Positions 7,096 through 16,311 of a stretch of 20,463 nucleotides of DNA are shown here, in pieces (the stretch's first letter is position 1; every line of letters begins with the position of its first letter). A program made the position numbers and the translations under genes. The notes under the pieces were generated by a model. The model was not told the DNA's origin and made no database searches. It worked only from the letters and a program-made list of their open reading frames with translations. This DNA comes from Candidatus Deferrimicrobiaceae bacterium (lineage in GTDB: Bacteria > Desulfobacterota > Deferrimicrobia > Deferrimicrobiales > Deferrimicrobiaceae). The stretch is from NCBI GenBank assembly GCA_963792415.1, contig CAWBVY010000002.1, positions 1 to 20,463 of the forward strand. The letters run 5' to 3'.

Positions 7096-8589
7096 ATGAT
7101 GGAGAACGGGACGATACTTGTAACCGGGGCCACCGGCTACGTGGGAGCGCGCCTGGTGACCCGCCTGCTCGCGAAAGGATACCGGGTTCGCGCCACCGGC
7201 CGTTCCCTCGCCCGCCTGCGGAAGCGCCCCTGGGCGGACCATTCCGCCGTGGAACTCCTCCCGGCCGACGTGACCGACGCCGCGTCGATCGCGAAGGCGT
7301 GCGAGGGGTGCGCGGCGGCGTACTACCTCGTCCACTCCATGATGCCGGGGGAGGGGAAATTCGAGGAGGTGGACCGGGAAGCGGCGCGAAACATGGCGCG
7401 GGCCGCCGGGGAGGCAGGCCTTTCGCGGCTGATCTACCTGGGCGGACTGGGGGAGGAGAACCCGTCCCTGAGCCGCCACCTCCGTTCCCGCGCGGAGGTC
7501 GCGGAGATTCTCGCCGCGGGGAAGACCCCCGTCACGATCCTGCGCGCCGCCATGATCCTCGGGGCGGGCTCCGCATCCTTCGAAATCCTGCGCTACCTGG
7601 TGGACCGTCTCCCCGTGATGATCACCCCGAAATGGGTGCACACCGAGTGCCAGCCGATCGGCATCCGGAACGTCCTCGACTACCTCGTCGGTTGCCTGGA
7701 GACGCCCGCCACGGCCGGCGGCACCTTCGACATCGGGGGCCCGGAGGTCGTCACCTACCGGGAGCTGATGCGCATCTATGCGGAGGAGGCCGGGCTTCCG
7801 TCCCGTCTCGTGATCCCGGTCCCGGTCCTGTCCCCCCGCCTTAGCTCCTACTGGATCCACCTCGTCACTCCCGTGCACGCGGAGGTCGCCCGGCCCCTGG
7901 CCGAGGGGCTTTCCAACCGTGTGGTCTGCCGGGACAACCGTATACTGGACCTGATCCCCGTGGAACGCTCCACATGCCGGGAGGCGATTCACGGGGCACG
8001 GGGGCCGAGGAACTTCCGGTTCCTGGAGGCGGAACAGCCCCCGGGGTGGGTCCCCTGGGAGACGTACCGGTACCCCGACGATCCGCCGTGGGCGGGGGGG
8101 ACGTTCTACCGGGACACCCGACGGCTCTCCGTCCGCGCGACGCCGGCGGAGGTCTGGGAGCAGATCGAGGCCCTGGGCGGACAGAACGGCTGGTACAGCG
8201 CGGACTGGCTCTGGTCCCTGCGCGGCACCCTGGACCGGCTGTGCGGCGGGATCGGCATGCGAAGAGGAAACCGGAAAGGGGAACCTCTCTCCCGCGGCGC
8301 GGAGGTCGACTTCTGGCGCGTGGTCTCGGTGACGCCGCGACGGGAGTTGCGGATGCTGGCGGAGATGAAACTTCCGGGAGAGGGAGTTCTTTCCTTCCGG
8401 CTGCGGGAGACGGACCCCGGAACCACCCAGCTGACCCAGACCGCCCAGTTCCTTCCCCGCGGCCTTGGGGGGATCGTGTACTGGAGGCTCGTCGCCCCCT
8501 TCCACCGGTTCGTCTTCCCCGGCCTCATCCGCGAGATCGCCCGGCGCACGGGGAAGCGGATCGTCTCCGGGCCGGAGCAGGTCCGATGA
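7096..8589 (+). CDS. Atypical SDR / NAD(P)H-binding protein with C-terminal DUF2867 (YbjT-like)
   Basis: TGATGYVG Rossmann motif, 'YYLVHSM', 'LSRHLRSR', 'GSASFEILRYLV'; DUF2867-type 'LWSLRGTLDRL..G', 'VDFWRV', 'AEMKLPG', 'GIVYW..VAPFH'. Confidence 0.9.
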   Translation: MMENGTILVTGATGYVGARLVTRLLAKGYRVRATGRSLARLRKRPWADHSAVELLPADVTDAASIAKACEGCAAAYYLVHSMMPGEGKFEEVDREAARNMARAAGEAGLSRLIYLGGLGEENPSLSRHLRSRAEVAEILAAGKTPVTILRAAMILGAGSASFEILRYLVDRLPVMITPKWVHTECQPIGIRNVLDYLVGCLETPATAGGTFDIGGPEVVTYRELMRIYAEEAGLPSRLVIPVPVLSPRLSSYWIHLVTPVHAEVARPLAEGLSNRVVCRDNRILDLIPVERSTCREAIHGARGPRNFRFLEAEQPPGWVPWETYRYPDDPPWAGGTFYRDTRRLSVRATPAEVWEQIEALGGQNGWYSADWLWSLRGTLDRLCGGIGMRRGNRKGEPLSRGAEVDFWRVVSVTPRRELRMLAEMKLPGEGVLSFRLRETDPGTTQLTQTAQFLPRGLGGIVYWRLVAPFHRFVFPGLIREIARRTGKRIVSGPEQVR

Positions 8590-8676
8590 TTGCTGTTTTC
8601 ACAACTCCATTCCTGGGATACGATATGGACCGGAAGGCACCCGGGGTGCCCCTATAAGTCGGATTTGGGAGGCCGC

Positions 8677-10446
8677 GTGAGTTCGAATCCCCCCAGCATC
8701 TCTCCCCACGCACCCGAAAAGAACGGCTTGTTCCTCGACGACGGTTCCCGTGTCGCCGTGATCGGCGGCGGACCCGCGGGCTCCCTCTTCACCTATTTCC
8801 TCTTCGAGATGGCGGAGCGGATCGGGATGGAACTGGCCGTGGACATCTACGAACCCAGGGACTTCACGAAAAACGCCCCGAGCGGGTGCAACATGTGCGG
8901 GGGCATCGTCTCCGAATCGCTCGTCCAGTTGCTGGCCACCGAGGGGATCAACCTCCCTTCCAGCGTCGTGCAGCGGGGGATCGACTCGTACGTCCTCCAC
9001 ATGGACGTGGGGACCGTGCGGATCGAGCCGACGCGCCGGGAAAAACGGATCGCCGCCGTCTACCGCGGCGGGGGCCCGCGCGGAGTCGTCGAGTCCCGCT
9101 GGGACAGCTTCGATGCGCACCTCCTCAAACTTGCGAAGGAGCGGGGGGCGCACGTTTATCAGGAACGCGTTGAGGGGATCGACCGGAACGGCGGGAAGCC
9201 GCGCATCACGACGAAAAAGGGGACCTCCCCGGAATACGAGCTCCTCGTCGGCGCGGTGGGCGTGAACACGGGCGCCCTCAAACTCTTCGAAGAGATGGGC
9301 GCGGGCTATCGGGCTCCCGGGCTGACGAAGACGTACATCTGCGAGTTGTTTCTCGGAGAGAGGACGATCAAGACGTACTTCGGAAACGCGATGCACATGT
9401 TCCTCCTCAACCTCCCCCGCCTCGAATTCGCCGCGCTGATCCCGAAGGGGGATTACGTGACGATGGTGATGCTGGGCACCGGGATCGACAAATCCCTCGT
9501 CGATGCGTTTTTCTCGGCCCCGGAAGTGCGCAAGTGCTTCCCCTCCGACTGGTCCCCGCCGGCTGATTTCTGCCGCTGCTCCCCCGCCATCAACATCTCG
9601 GCGGCGGTCAAGCCGTTCGCCGACCGGATGGTGCTCATCGGCGACAGCGGCGTGAGCCGTCTCTACAAGGACGGGATCGGCGGGGCGTACCGGACCGCGA
9701 AGGCGGCCGCGAGAACGGCGGTGTTCGAAGGGGTGGCGGAGGAGGATTTCCGGAAAGGCTACCTCCCCGTCTGCCGGTCGCTCTCGGTGGACAACGGGAT
9801 CGGGAAGGTCGTCTTCGGTATCACGACCCTGATCCAGAAAACGACCGTGCTCCGGAAGGGGCTGTTGCGGATGACCGCGGCGGAACAGGATGGAAGCCAG
9901 TGGAAACCACGGATGAGCGACGTCCTGTGGGACACCTTCACGGGGAGCGCCCCGTACAAGGATGTCTTCCGCCGGTCGCTCCACCCCGTTTTTCTCGGAC
10001 ACCTTTTCTACGAAACGTTGACGGGAATGCTCCCCGCGGGCCGGGAGGGCGGGAAGAAGGAGGACAAGGTGCCATTCGGAAAGACGGGCGAACTGGGCAA
10101 GATCTACAATTCGGGGGAAATCATCGTCCGGCAGGGGGACGCCGGCGAGTGCATGTACTTCATCCAGTCCGGCAACGTCGAAGTGATCCACGAGAGCGAC
10201 GGAAAGGAAGTGAAGCTCGCCGAGCTGGGGCACGGGGAGTTCTTCGGGGAGATGGCCCTCTTCGAGAAGGGGGTCCGCTCCGCCACCGTCCGCCCGCTGG
10301 GCGAAGTGCGGGTCCTCTCCGTCGACAAGCGGCTGTTCCTCCGGAAGATCCACGAGGACCCTGCGCTGGCCTTCCGCATCATGCAGAAGATGTCCCGCCG
10401 GATCCGGGACCTCGACAAGGAACTGGGGAATCTGCGTTCGGAGTGA
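8677..10446 (+). CDS. FAD-dependent oxidoreductase (geranylgeranyl reductase-like) fused to a C-terminal cNMP-binding domain (~589 aa)
   Basis: GTG 8677 after GGGAGG; IGGGPAG dinucleotide fold, CNMCGG, 'LIGDSG..LYKDGIGGA'; C-terminal phosphate-binding cassette 'FFGEMALFEKGVRSATV'. Confidence 0.85.
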   Translation: MSSNPPSISPHAPEKNGLFLDDGSRVAVIGGGPAGSLFTYFLFEMAERIGMELAVDIYEPRDFTKNAPSGCNMCGGIVSESLVQLLATEGINLPSSVVQRGIDSYVLHMDVGTVRIEPTRREKRIAAVYRGGGPRGVVESRWDSFDAHLLKLAKERGAHVYQERVEGIDRNGGKPRITTKKGTSPEYELLVGAVGVNTGALKLFEEMGAGYRAPGLTKTYICELFLGERTIKTYFGNAMHMFLLNLPRLEFAALIPKGDYVTMVMLGTGIDKSLVDAFFSAPEVRKCFPSDWSPPADFCRCSPAINISAAVKPFADRMVLIGDSGVSRLYKDGIGGAYRTAKAAARTAVFEGVAEEDFRKGYLPVCRSLSVDNGIGKVVFGITTLIQKTTVLRKGLLRMTAAEQDGSQWKPRMSDVLWDTFTGSAPYKDVFRRSLHPVFLGHLFYETLTGMLPAGREGGKKEDKVPFGKTGELGKIYNSGEIIVRQGDAGECMYFIQSGNVEVIHESDGKEVKLAELGHGEFFGEMALFEKGVRSATVRPLGEVRVLSVDKRLFLRKIHEDPALAFRIMQKMSRRIRDLDKELGNLRSE

Positions 10447-10488
10447 TCCACCCGCTCGAGCGACGGACAGGAAAGGAGGGTCTCGAAG

Positions 10489-11256
10489 TTGAGATTAAAG
10501 GTATTGGGCGCCGCCGGTTCCGAGGTCCCCGGGCACAACTGCCCGGCGTTCCTGATCGACGAGAAGATCCTCCTGGACGCGGGGACGATCGCCCTGTCCC
10601 TGAACATCCGCGAGGAGCACAGCCTGGGGTGGATCCTCCTCACGCACGCCCACCTCGACCACATCAAGGGGATCCCGTTCCTGCTCGACAACCTGGTGAC
10701 CCGCAGCACCGGGAACACCATCACCGTCGCCAGCGGGAAGGACGTCCTGAACGACCTGAAGAAGAACATCTTCAACGACAGGATCTGGCCCGACTTCTCC
10801 CGGATCCCGACGCGCGCACACCCGGTGCTGCGGTACAAGAACATCGGTACCACGCGGCCCTTCCAGATCGACGGGTACCGGATCACGATGGAGAAGGTCC
10901 ACCACACCGTCCCGGCGTACGGGTACATCGTAGAGAAGCCGGGGAACAAGGCAATCGCCTACACGGGCGACACGGGGCCGACCGACCGCTTCTGGGAGAG
11001 GATGGCCGCCCACGACGTGAAGTACCTCATCACGGAGACCTCCTTCCCCAACCGGCTGGAGAAGCTCGCCCTGACGACCGGCCACCTGACCCCCTCCCTG
11101 CTTAAGGGGGAGATCGCGAAGATGTCCCCGCCGCCGGAGAAGATCTTCATCATGCACCTGAAGCCGCAGTTCCTGAATGAGATCGAGATGGAGATCCGGG
11201 CGCTCGATCACGACAACATCGAGTTCCTGAAGGACGGAGAAGTGATCCTGGCCTAG
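10489..11256 (+). CDS. Metallo-beta-lactamase-fold 3',5'-cyclic nucleotide phosphodiesterase (class II-like)
   Basis: TTG start after AAAGGAGG; LDAGT, THAHLDH (HxHxDH), 'IFNDRIWPDF', YTGDTGP, 'ETSFPN', 'GHLTP', 'MHLKP'. Confidence 0.85.
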   Translation: MRLKVLGAAGSEVPGHNCPAFLIDEKILLDAGTIALSLNIREEHSLGWILLTHAHLDHIKGIPFLLDNLVTRSTGNTITVASGKDVLNDLKKNIFNDRIWPDFSRIPTRAHPVLRYKNIGTTRPFQIDGYRITMEKVHHTVPAYGYIVEKPGNKAIAYTGDTGPTDRFWERMAAHDVKYLITETSFPNRLEKLALTTGHLTPSLLKGEIAKMSPPPEKIFIMHLKPQFLNEIEMEIRALDHDNIEFLKDGEVILA

Positions 11257-11263
11257 CCCGCCG

Positions 11264-12748
11264 TCAGGAGATCCCGAAGAATCTCATCAACTTCCGGAGG
11301 AGCGCGTCGTGGAGGGACGACGCTTCGTCGGCAACCTTGCGGACCTGCTGCACGGTCAGGATCTTCTGGAGGCGGTCCCCCAGCGCGGAACTCAAGCCCT
11401 CCAGGACGGACGGGTGCGAACGGATGATCGGAGCGATGGCACCCTTCGAAATCTCGGCGAGCCAGACCTCGTCGACCGCGGCGACCGTCGCGCGGCGCTT
11501 CTCCCCGGTGAGGAGCGACATCTCCCCGAAGAAATCGCCCCCGGACAACGATCCGACCGTCTGCCCGTCCACGGAAACCTCGAGGTTCCCGCACAGGTTG
11601 ATGAAGAGGGAGTCCCCCTCCTCGCCCTGGCGCACGACGATCTCCCTGTTTCCGTAGACGCGCAGCCGGACGTGCGGCAAGAGGGCGTCCAGTTCCTCCT
11701 CGCCCAGGGGGGAAAGGATCTCGGCCCGGCGGAGGCTCCCGCGGATCGCGGCGGCGTCCATCCGGAACGGCGGGGCCGGCTCCTTCCGCACGATCTCCCG
11801 GTGCGGGTACGGGAACGTCTGCCCCTCGCGCGTGACGGCGTACCAGACGCGCCGCAGGACCTTGTCGCGGGCCTCGAGGAGGTTCGCGTACTCCTCGAGG
11901 TAGAAGCGCAGGTTGTAGTGGATGCCGCTGTCCATGAACCCGTCGACCTTCACCCAGGGCGCCGGCGTCGACAGGATCCCCGGCTCGTCCCGGAGGGCGT
12001 CGAGCAGGATCGCCTTCGCCCGTTCGGGGGGGAACGCGTAATCGAGGAGGACCGTGAGGGTGACCGGCGGAGGCGCACCCGGACGGCTCCCGATGGAGTG
12101 CACCACGTTCTGCGTCATGTAAAGGTTCGGGACGTGGACCAGGTGACCCTCCAGGGTCCGGACCGTGGAGTACCGGAACCCCACGTTGACGATCTCGCCC
12201 GTGATGTCCTTTTCCTTGATCCAGACCCACGTGCCGCGCCGGAACGCTTCGTCGGCCTGGATCTGGAAGCCGGAGACGATGTTGGCCAGCGAGGTCTGCA
12301 TCGCGAACGCGAGGGCGGCGGTGAGCACCGTGGTCGTCGTGAGGATCGACGTCATGTTGATTTCGAAGATCACGCGCAGGGCGGTCGCGCCGAAAAACAG
12401 GTACACGCCCAGCAGGAGAATGTCCCGGAGGAACGACGGGACATTCCCCTTCATCCGGCGGTGAAGATAGGTGTCCACGAGCAGGTAGGCGACCAGGTTC
12501 GCCCAGCAGAAGAGCATGATCAGCCCGTGAATCTCCAGTATGTAGGGGGTGTATTCCACCGGGACCTTGAAGGGTCCCACGACGTACGCAAGAAAGATCC
12601 CGAAAAGGGCCGCCTTGATCGTCAACCAGACCTTGGACATGGAAAGGTCCATCCGCGTCACGGCGCGGACGGCGGCGATCAGGAGGAAGAACGCGAGGGG
12701 GACCAGCAGCAGGAGGGTCTCGTTGGACAGTAGGAATTTGAACGTCAT
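11264..12748 (-). CDS. MscS-family mechanosensitive channel with C-terminal cNMP-binding domain (~494 aa; start uncertain)
   Basis: N-terminal TM helices; 'AFAMQTSLANIVSG', 'GEIVNVGFRYST', 'VHVPN', 'FPYP'; C-terminal 'FFGEMSLLTGEKRRATV'. Confidence 0.9.
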   Translation of the reverse strand: MTFKFLLSNETLLLLVPLAFFLLIAAVRAVTRMDLSMSKVWLTIKAALFGIFLAYVVGPFKVPVEYTPYILEIHGLIMLFCWANLVAYLLVDTYLHRRMKGNVPSFLRDILLLGVYLFFGATALRVIFEINMTSILTTTTVLTAALAFAMQTSLANIVSGFQIQADEAFRRGTWVWIKEKDITGEIVNVGFRYSTVRTLEGHLVHVPNLYMTQNVVHSIGSRPGAPPPVTLTVLLDYAFPPERAKAILLDALRDEPGILSTPAPWVKVDGFMDSGIHYNLRFYLEEYANLLEARDKVLRRVWYAVTREGQTFPYPHREIVRKEPAPPFRMDAAAIRGSLRRAEILSPLGEEELDALLPHVRLRVYGNREIVVRQGEEGDSLFINLCGNLEVSVDGQTVGSLSGGDFFGEMSLLTGEKRRATVAAVDEVWLAEISKGAIAPIIRSHPSVLEGLSSALGDRLQKILTVQQVRKVADEASSLHDALLRKLMRFFGIS

Positions 12749-12814
12749 GGCCCGATCCGCTTCTCCAGGGGTGGTGCAGGAATTGTCCGTCATCCGGATG
12801 GAGGAAAGCAAGGC

Positions 12815-12856
12815 CACGACAACAAAGAGTTCCTGAAGGAGGGGGAGGTGATCCTG
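12815..12856 (+). repeat. Direct repeat of the phosphodiesterase 3' end (11209-11250)
   Basis: CACGACAACAAAGAGTTCCTGAAGGAGGGGGAGGTGATCCTG vs CACGACAACATCGAGTTCCTGAAGGACGGAGAAGTGATCCTG: 37/42 identical; HDNKEFLKEGEVIL vs HDNIEFLKDGEVIL. Confidence 0.85.
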
Positions 12857-12866
12857 ATCTGGAAGG

Positions 12867-12898
12867 AAAAGGGGGAGAGCGGCCGGCCGCCCTCCCCC
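12867..12898 (-). terminator. Rho-independent terminator of the FecR-TPR-barrel gene
   Basis: Minus strand GGGGGAGGGCGGC-CG-GCCGCTCTCCCCC followed by TTTT, about 30 nt after the stop at 12930. Confidence 0.7.
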
Positions 12899-12929
12899 CG
12901 AATATCACGTTACCTGCCCTGCTGGTTCC

Positions 12930-15900
12930 TTAAATCGACAGCGTGATCCGGGCGTAAAACATCCTTTGAGGCTGGATCGTAGGATTCGCAATGTCGGTGT
13001 CATAAAACTGGAACTGTTTGTCAAACAAGTTGTTCGCTCCGACCGAAATGAATCCGTACCGTTGCGGCAAGCGATAACTGATTGCGGCATCGACCAGCCA
13101 GAATCGATCACTTCCTGATTCAAAGATTCCCTCGGGTGCATCCAATCGGTTGAACTCTCCGTTTTGATCGACGAATGTGGCTCTCAACATCGCATTCAGC
13201 CCGGAGGGGTGGAAGAAACCGGCGCCAAGAGGCATACGCTGGGTTTTCAGATTTTTTACTCCGATATTAAACTGGTCTTCCCGTTCAATCTTTTCGTAAG
13301 AATAGGATGCGTTCAGAGCAAACCAAGCGTGCGGTGTCCAATATAGATAAGCTCGAGCCATTTTTTCTTTCCAGTCCGCCTTCTCTTCATAAATGGCTGG
13401 AGGGTCAACAGTGCCATCGATGGACGTGTAGGGAACCGTAAGGTCTCTGTGCGTATACTCTGCTCCCCCGTAAATACTGCGTGTGAATTTTTGATCTAAA
13501 CCAATACCATAGCGCCATGATTCCGTTCCATTGGGATCATCGAAAAACTGATTGAACCCAGCCACCTGCGTTGGTTCGAGAGTCTGGTTTGCGACAAGCG
13601 TTCTCTTCAACACCTTGAATGCCGCAGCGCGCAGGGTTGTATCCGGAACCGGATTCCACGTAATTCCAAATTTCGGATTGAACTGGTTTATATCATTATA
13701 TATATCGGATGTTGTATTGTAGAAATCGGCACTTGCCCCAACAGTAAATGTTACGTTCTTTATATAATCCAAATATGAATAAACATACCCATTATAGTGA
13801 TGAACTTTTTGGCTAATTTCCTGTTGATCTTGGAACTCCATGGGAGGATCTATTGGGATCAAAATATCTGTTGTAATTGCCTCATCTGATTTAACTAGAA
13901 AGTATCCACCGCCACTTACGAGTTTGAATTTTTCTGATCGCAATATGTGTTGTGCTTCCACGCCATGAGACCATTGTTTCGTCTGATCATCAAAACCTGT
14001 TACAAAAAAATCACCTGGAGGCGTGAAATTAACTTTATCGTCTATTTTCTTATACATATATGAAATTAGAAGATCTGAACCAGGGTTAAACGAATGATGG
14101 AAACCGAGACGTATTGATGGAGATTTATCTTCTTGTTGAAGGTCTTTGTAATAATCATCCGGGAAGAACCTTAACTGGGTATCATTGTTTTTAATCTTTC
14201 TATATCGATATTCAGCTTGCATGCTTGTTCTTGGAGAAAAATCATACTGAAGAAATGCATTTATAATATCATCCTTTAAATCATTGTTTTCACGAAAACC
14301 ATCCGTTTGATAGTGATATTGCCCAAGACTGAAAGAAACTTTTTTATGGAGGCCGGAGAATACCAGGTCATCGCCCCGCGTGCCGTGTTCACCGAGGATG
14401 CCGTTTGCCTGCAGCGCCACCCGGTTCCGTTCGAAAAGAGGGTTGAACTCACTGAAGGAAAGTCCCGATGGGCCTCCGCCTGCTACAACGAAGAGATTGC
14501 TCTCCGCGAGGTTCGGTTGCAATGGGGAAATATTGGTCGGCTGTAATAATTGAGCTTGCAGTAGTTCGCTCACCCTGGCAATCTCATGCCTCGGCAAAGC
14601 GGAATACGTGTCGGCCAAGAACCGGTGTGCGGAATAGTTGGACGGATCGTAATTGAGGGACCTCCATCCCTCTACCAGGGCGCGCTGTTGAAAACCCAGG
14701 TCCGTGTAAATTCTGGCAAGGCTGGCTTCCCGTGCCGCGACGTCCTGGTCCAGCAACAGGCGCGAACGGTAGACCGCCCGGTTATCATTCAGCTGGATGG
14801 CTTTCTCCATATCCTGCAGTGCCTCGACCGGCCGATTCGTGGTCTGCTTTCCGATCGCACCGTAAAAATACGGCGTGGGATCGAATGGATCCATGCTTTT
14901 TGCCATGTCGTACTGGCCCGCCGCCAGCTTGTCCCGTTTTTCTTCGAAGTAGGCTTTCCCCAGGTAACTGCGGACGAGGGAATTGTTCGGATCGAGGCTC
15001 ATGGCAATCTCGATTTCCCTTCTTCCCTCCTCCAAGTTCCCGTCACGGATTTTCGCCAGGCCCAGGCCCAGCCGCGGGAGAGGATCCGCATCATCGAGCT
15101 TTATCGCTTTTTCAAAGGCCTCCGTGGCCTCCTTCGTCTCGATCCGGGTCAGGTGGGAAAACCCCAGGACCGTCTGCGTCCTCGAGAGGTCGGGGCGCAG
15201 CGCCGCCGCCTTCTTCGCCGAATCCAGGGACATGTCGAGGATGCCGAACGATTGCTGCAACTCGGCCAGCCGGGCCCAGGCGAGGGCGTTTTCGGGCGCC
15301 AGCTTCACGGCTTCCTCCAGGCTGCCCAGCGCTCCCTGGAGGTCGAAGTGCGCCTGCTGGGCATAAGAGAGGGAGATCCGCGCCGTCGCGGATTTCGGGG
15401 CCGACTCCACCGCTTTCCTGGCGATTTCTAGGGCCTTCTCTTTCTCGTTCTGCGTGACGGCGATCATCGCCTGGAGCGCGAAGGCGTCGCTGTTCTTCGG
15501 GTCGAGTTTCTGCGCCTTGTCGATATCCGCCGTTGCCTCGTCGACCCGGCCGACGGTCAGCAGCTGCGACGCGCGTGCGGTGTAGAAGCGCGGATCGTTT
15601 CCGCCTTCCTTCAGATCCTGGGGAGGGGCATCGAGGACGGGCGGATAGTACAGCGCCCACTGGACCGCATCCCGCGGGCGCACGACGACCCGGTACACCG
15701 GGGCATTCCCCGCCTCGGCCACCGCCGACTGCCCCGTGACGACCGGGAGGCCGCCCGCCGCGTTCGATGCCAGCACCTTCCCCTCGAAGACGGTCAGGTC
15801 GGTCTTCCCTTCCTCGACCCGGAGGAAGAACTCCGTCCCCTCCACGCCGGCGTTCACTGTCGCGGTGCGCACCTCGAGGTTCCGCGTGACGCGACTGAAG

Positions 15901-16253
15901 AAGAGCGCGGCCCCGCCGATCATGTCGACCAGGGAGGTCCGCTCGTCCTTCATTCCGCCCAGGGTGACGGTGCTGTTCTGGTCGAGGCGCAGGACAGGGT
16001 GGTTGTACAGCGCGATGTCCGCCCGGCTTTTCCTGTCCGTCCGGACCGTGTCCCCCGGGCAGTACGTCTCGTTGAGTTTCGCCGGTTCCCAGAGGGTTTG
16101 CCCCGCCCTCTTGACCTCCACGACCCCCTGGGCCGAAACCACCTTTCCGGCCCATTTCTCGCACGTAGCCGCTTGCGCGATGCCGGTGCACAGCATCATC
16201 GCGATGGTTGCACATGCCAGAAGACTCACAACGTACGGGTGCGGTCGCTTCAT
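12930..16253 (-). CDS. Outer-membrane receptor: signal peptide, FecR domain, TPR repeats, TonB-dependent-receptor-like beta-barrel (NsrA-like), 1107 aa
   Basis: SD AAGGAGG; signal peptide ending AQA; FecR motifs 'GDTVRT..SRA' and 'VRTATVNAGVEGTEF'; many TPR units (e.g. 'LEEAVKLAPENALAWARLA'); barrel with 'FNPKFGITW' and 'VGANNLFDKQF'. Confidence 0.88.
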   Translation of the reverse strand: MKRPHPYVVSLLACATIAMMLCTGIAQAATCEKWAGKVVSAQGVVEVKRAGQTLWEPAKLNETYCPGDTVRTDRKSRADIALYNHPVLRLDQNSTVTLGGMKDERTSLVDMIGGAALFFSRVTRNLEVRTATVNAGVEGTEFFLRVEEGKTDLTVFEGKVLASNAAGGLPVVTGQSAVAEAGNAPVYRVVVRPRDAVQWALYYPPVLDAPPQDLKEGGNDPRFYTARASQLLTVGRVDEATADIDKAQKLDPKNSDAFALQAMIAVTQNEKEKALEIARKAVESAPKSATARISLSYAQQAHFDLQGALGSLEEAVKLAPENALAWARLAELQQSFGILDMSLDSAKKAAALRPDLSRTQTVLGFSHLTRIETKEATEAFEKAIKLDDADPLPRLGLGLAKIRDGNLEEGRREIEIAMSLDPNNSLVRSYLGKAYFEEKRDKLAAGQYDMAKSMDPFDPTPYFYGAIGKQTTNRPVEALQDMEKAIQLNDNRAVYRSRLLLDQDVAAREASLARIYTDLGFQQRALVEGWRSLNYDPSNYSAHRFLADTYSALPRHEIARVSELLQAQLLQPTNISPLQPNLAESNLFVVAGGGPSGLSFSEFNPLFERNRVALQANGILGEHGTRGDDLVFSGLHKKVSFSLGQYHYQTDGFRENNDLKDDIINAFLQYDFSPRTSMQAEYRYRKIKNNDTQLRFFPDDYYKDLQQEDKSPSIRLGFHHSFNPGSDLLISYMYKKIDDKVNFTPPGDFFVTGFDDQTKQWSHGVEAQHILRSEKFKLVSGGGYFLVKSDEAITTDILIPIDPPMEFQDQQEISQKVHHYNGYVYSYLDYIKNVTFTVGASADFYNTTSDIYNDINQFNPKFGITWNPVPDTTLRAAAFKVLKRTLVANQTLEPTQVAGFNQFFDDPNGTESWRYGIGLDQKFTRSIYGGAEYTHRDLTVPYTSIDGTVDPPAIYEEKADWKEKMARAYLYWTPHAWFALNASYSYEKIEREDQFNIGVKNLKTQRMPLGAGFFHPSGLNAMLRATFVDQNGEFNRLDAPEGIFESGSDRFWLVDAAISYRLPQRYGFISVGANNLFDKQFQFYDTDIANPTIQPQRMFYARITLSI

Positions 16254-16311
16254 TGTCGGCTCCCTCCTTCTTTATCGTTTATCCTTAGCCCTCCGGTTCT
16301 CAGCCGTTCCG

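Noticed and set aside
8588-8603. Possible CRP box upstream of the oxidoreductase-PDE genes
   Set aside because: Only the TCACA half-site is present; no convincing TGTGA-N6-TCACA was found by eye near the cNMP locus.
8677-8694. GTGAGTTCGAATCCCCCC, resembling a tRNA T loop
   Set aside because: No pairing stem or cloverleaf; it is the start of the oxidoreductase CDS after a GGGAGG SD.
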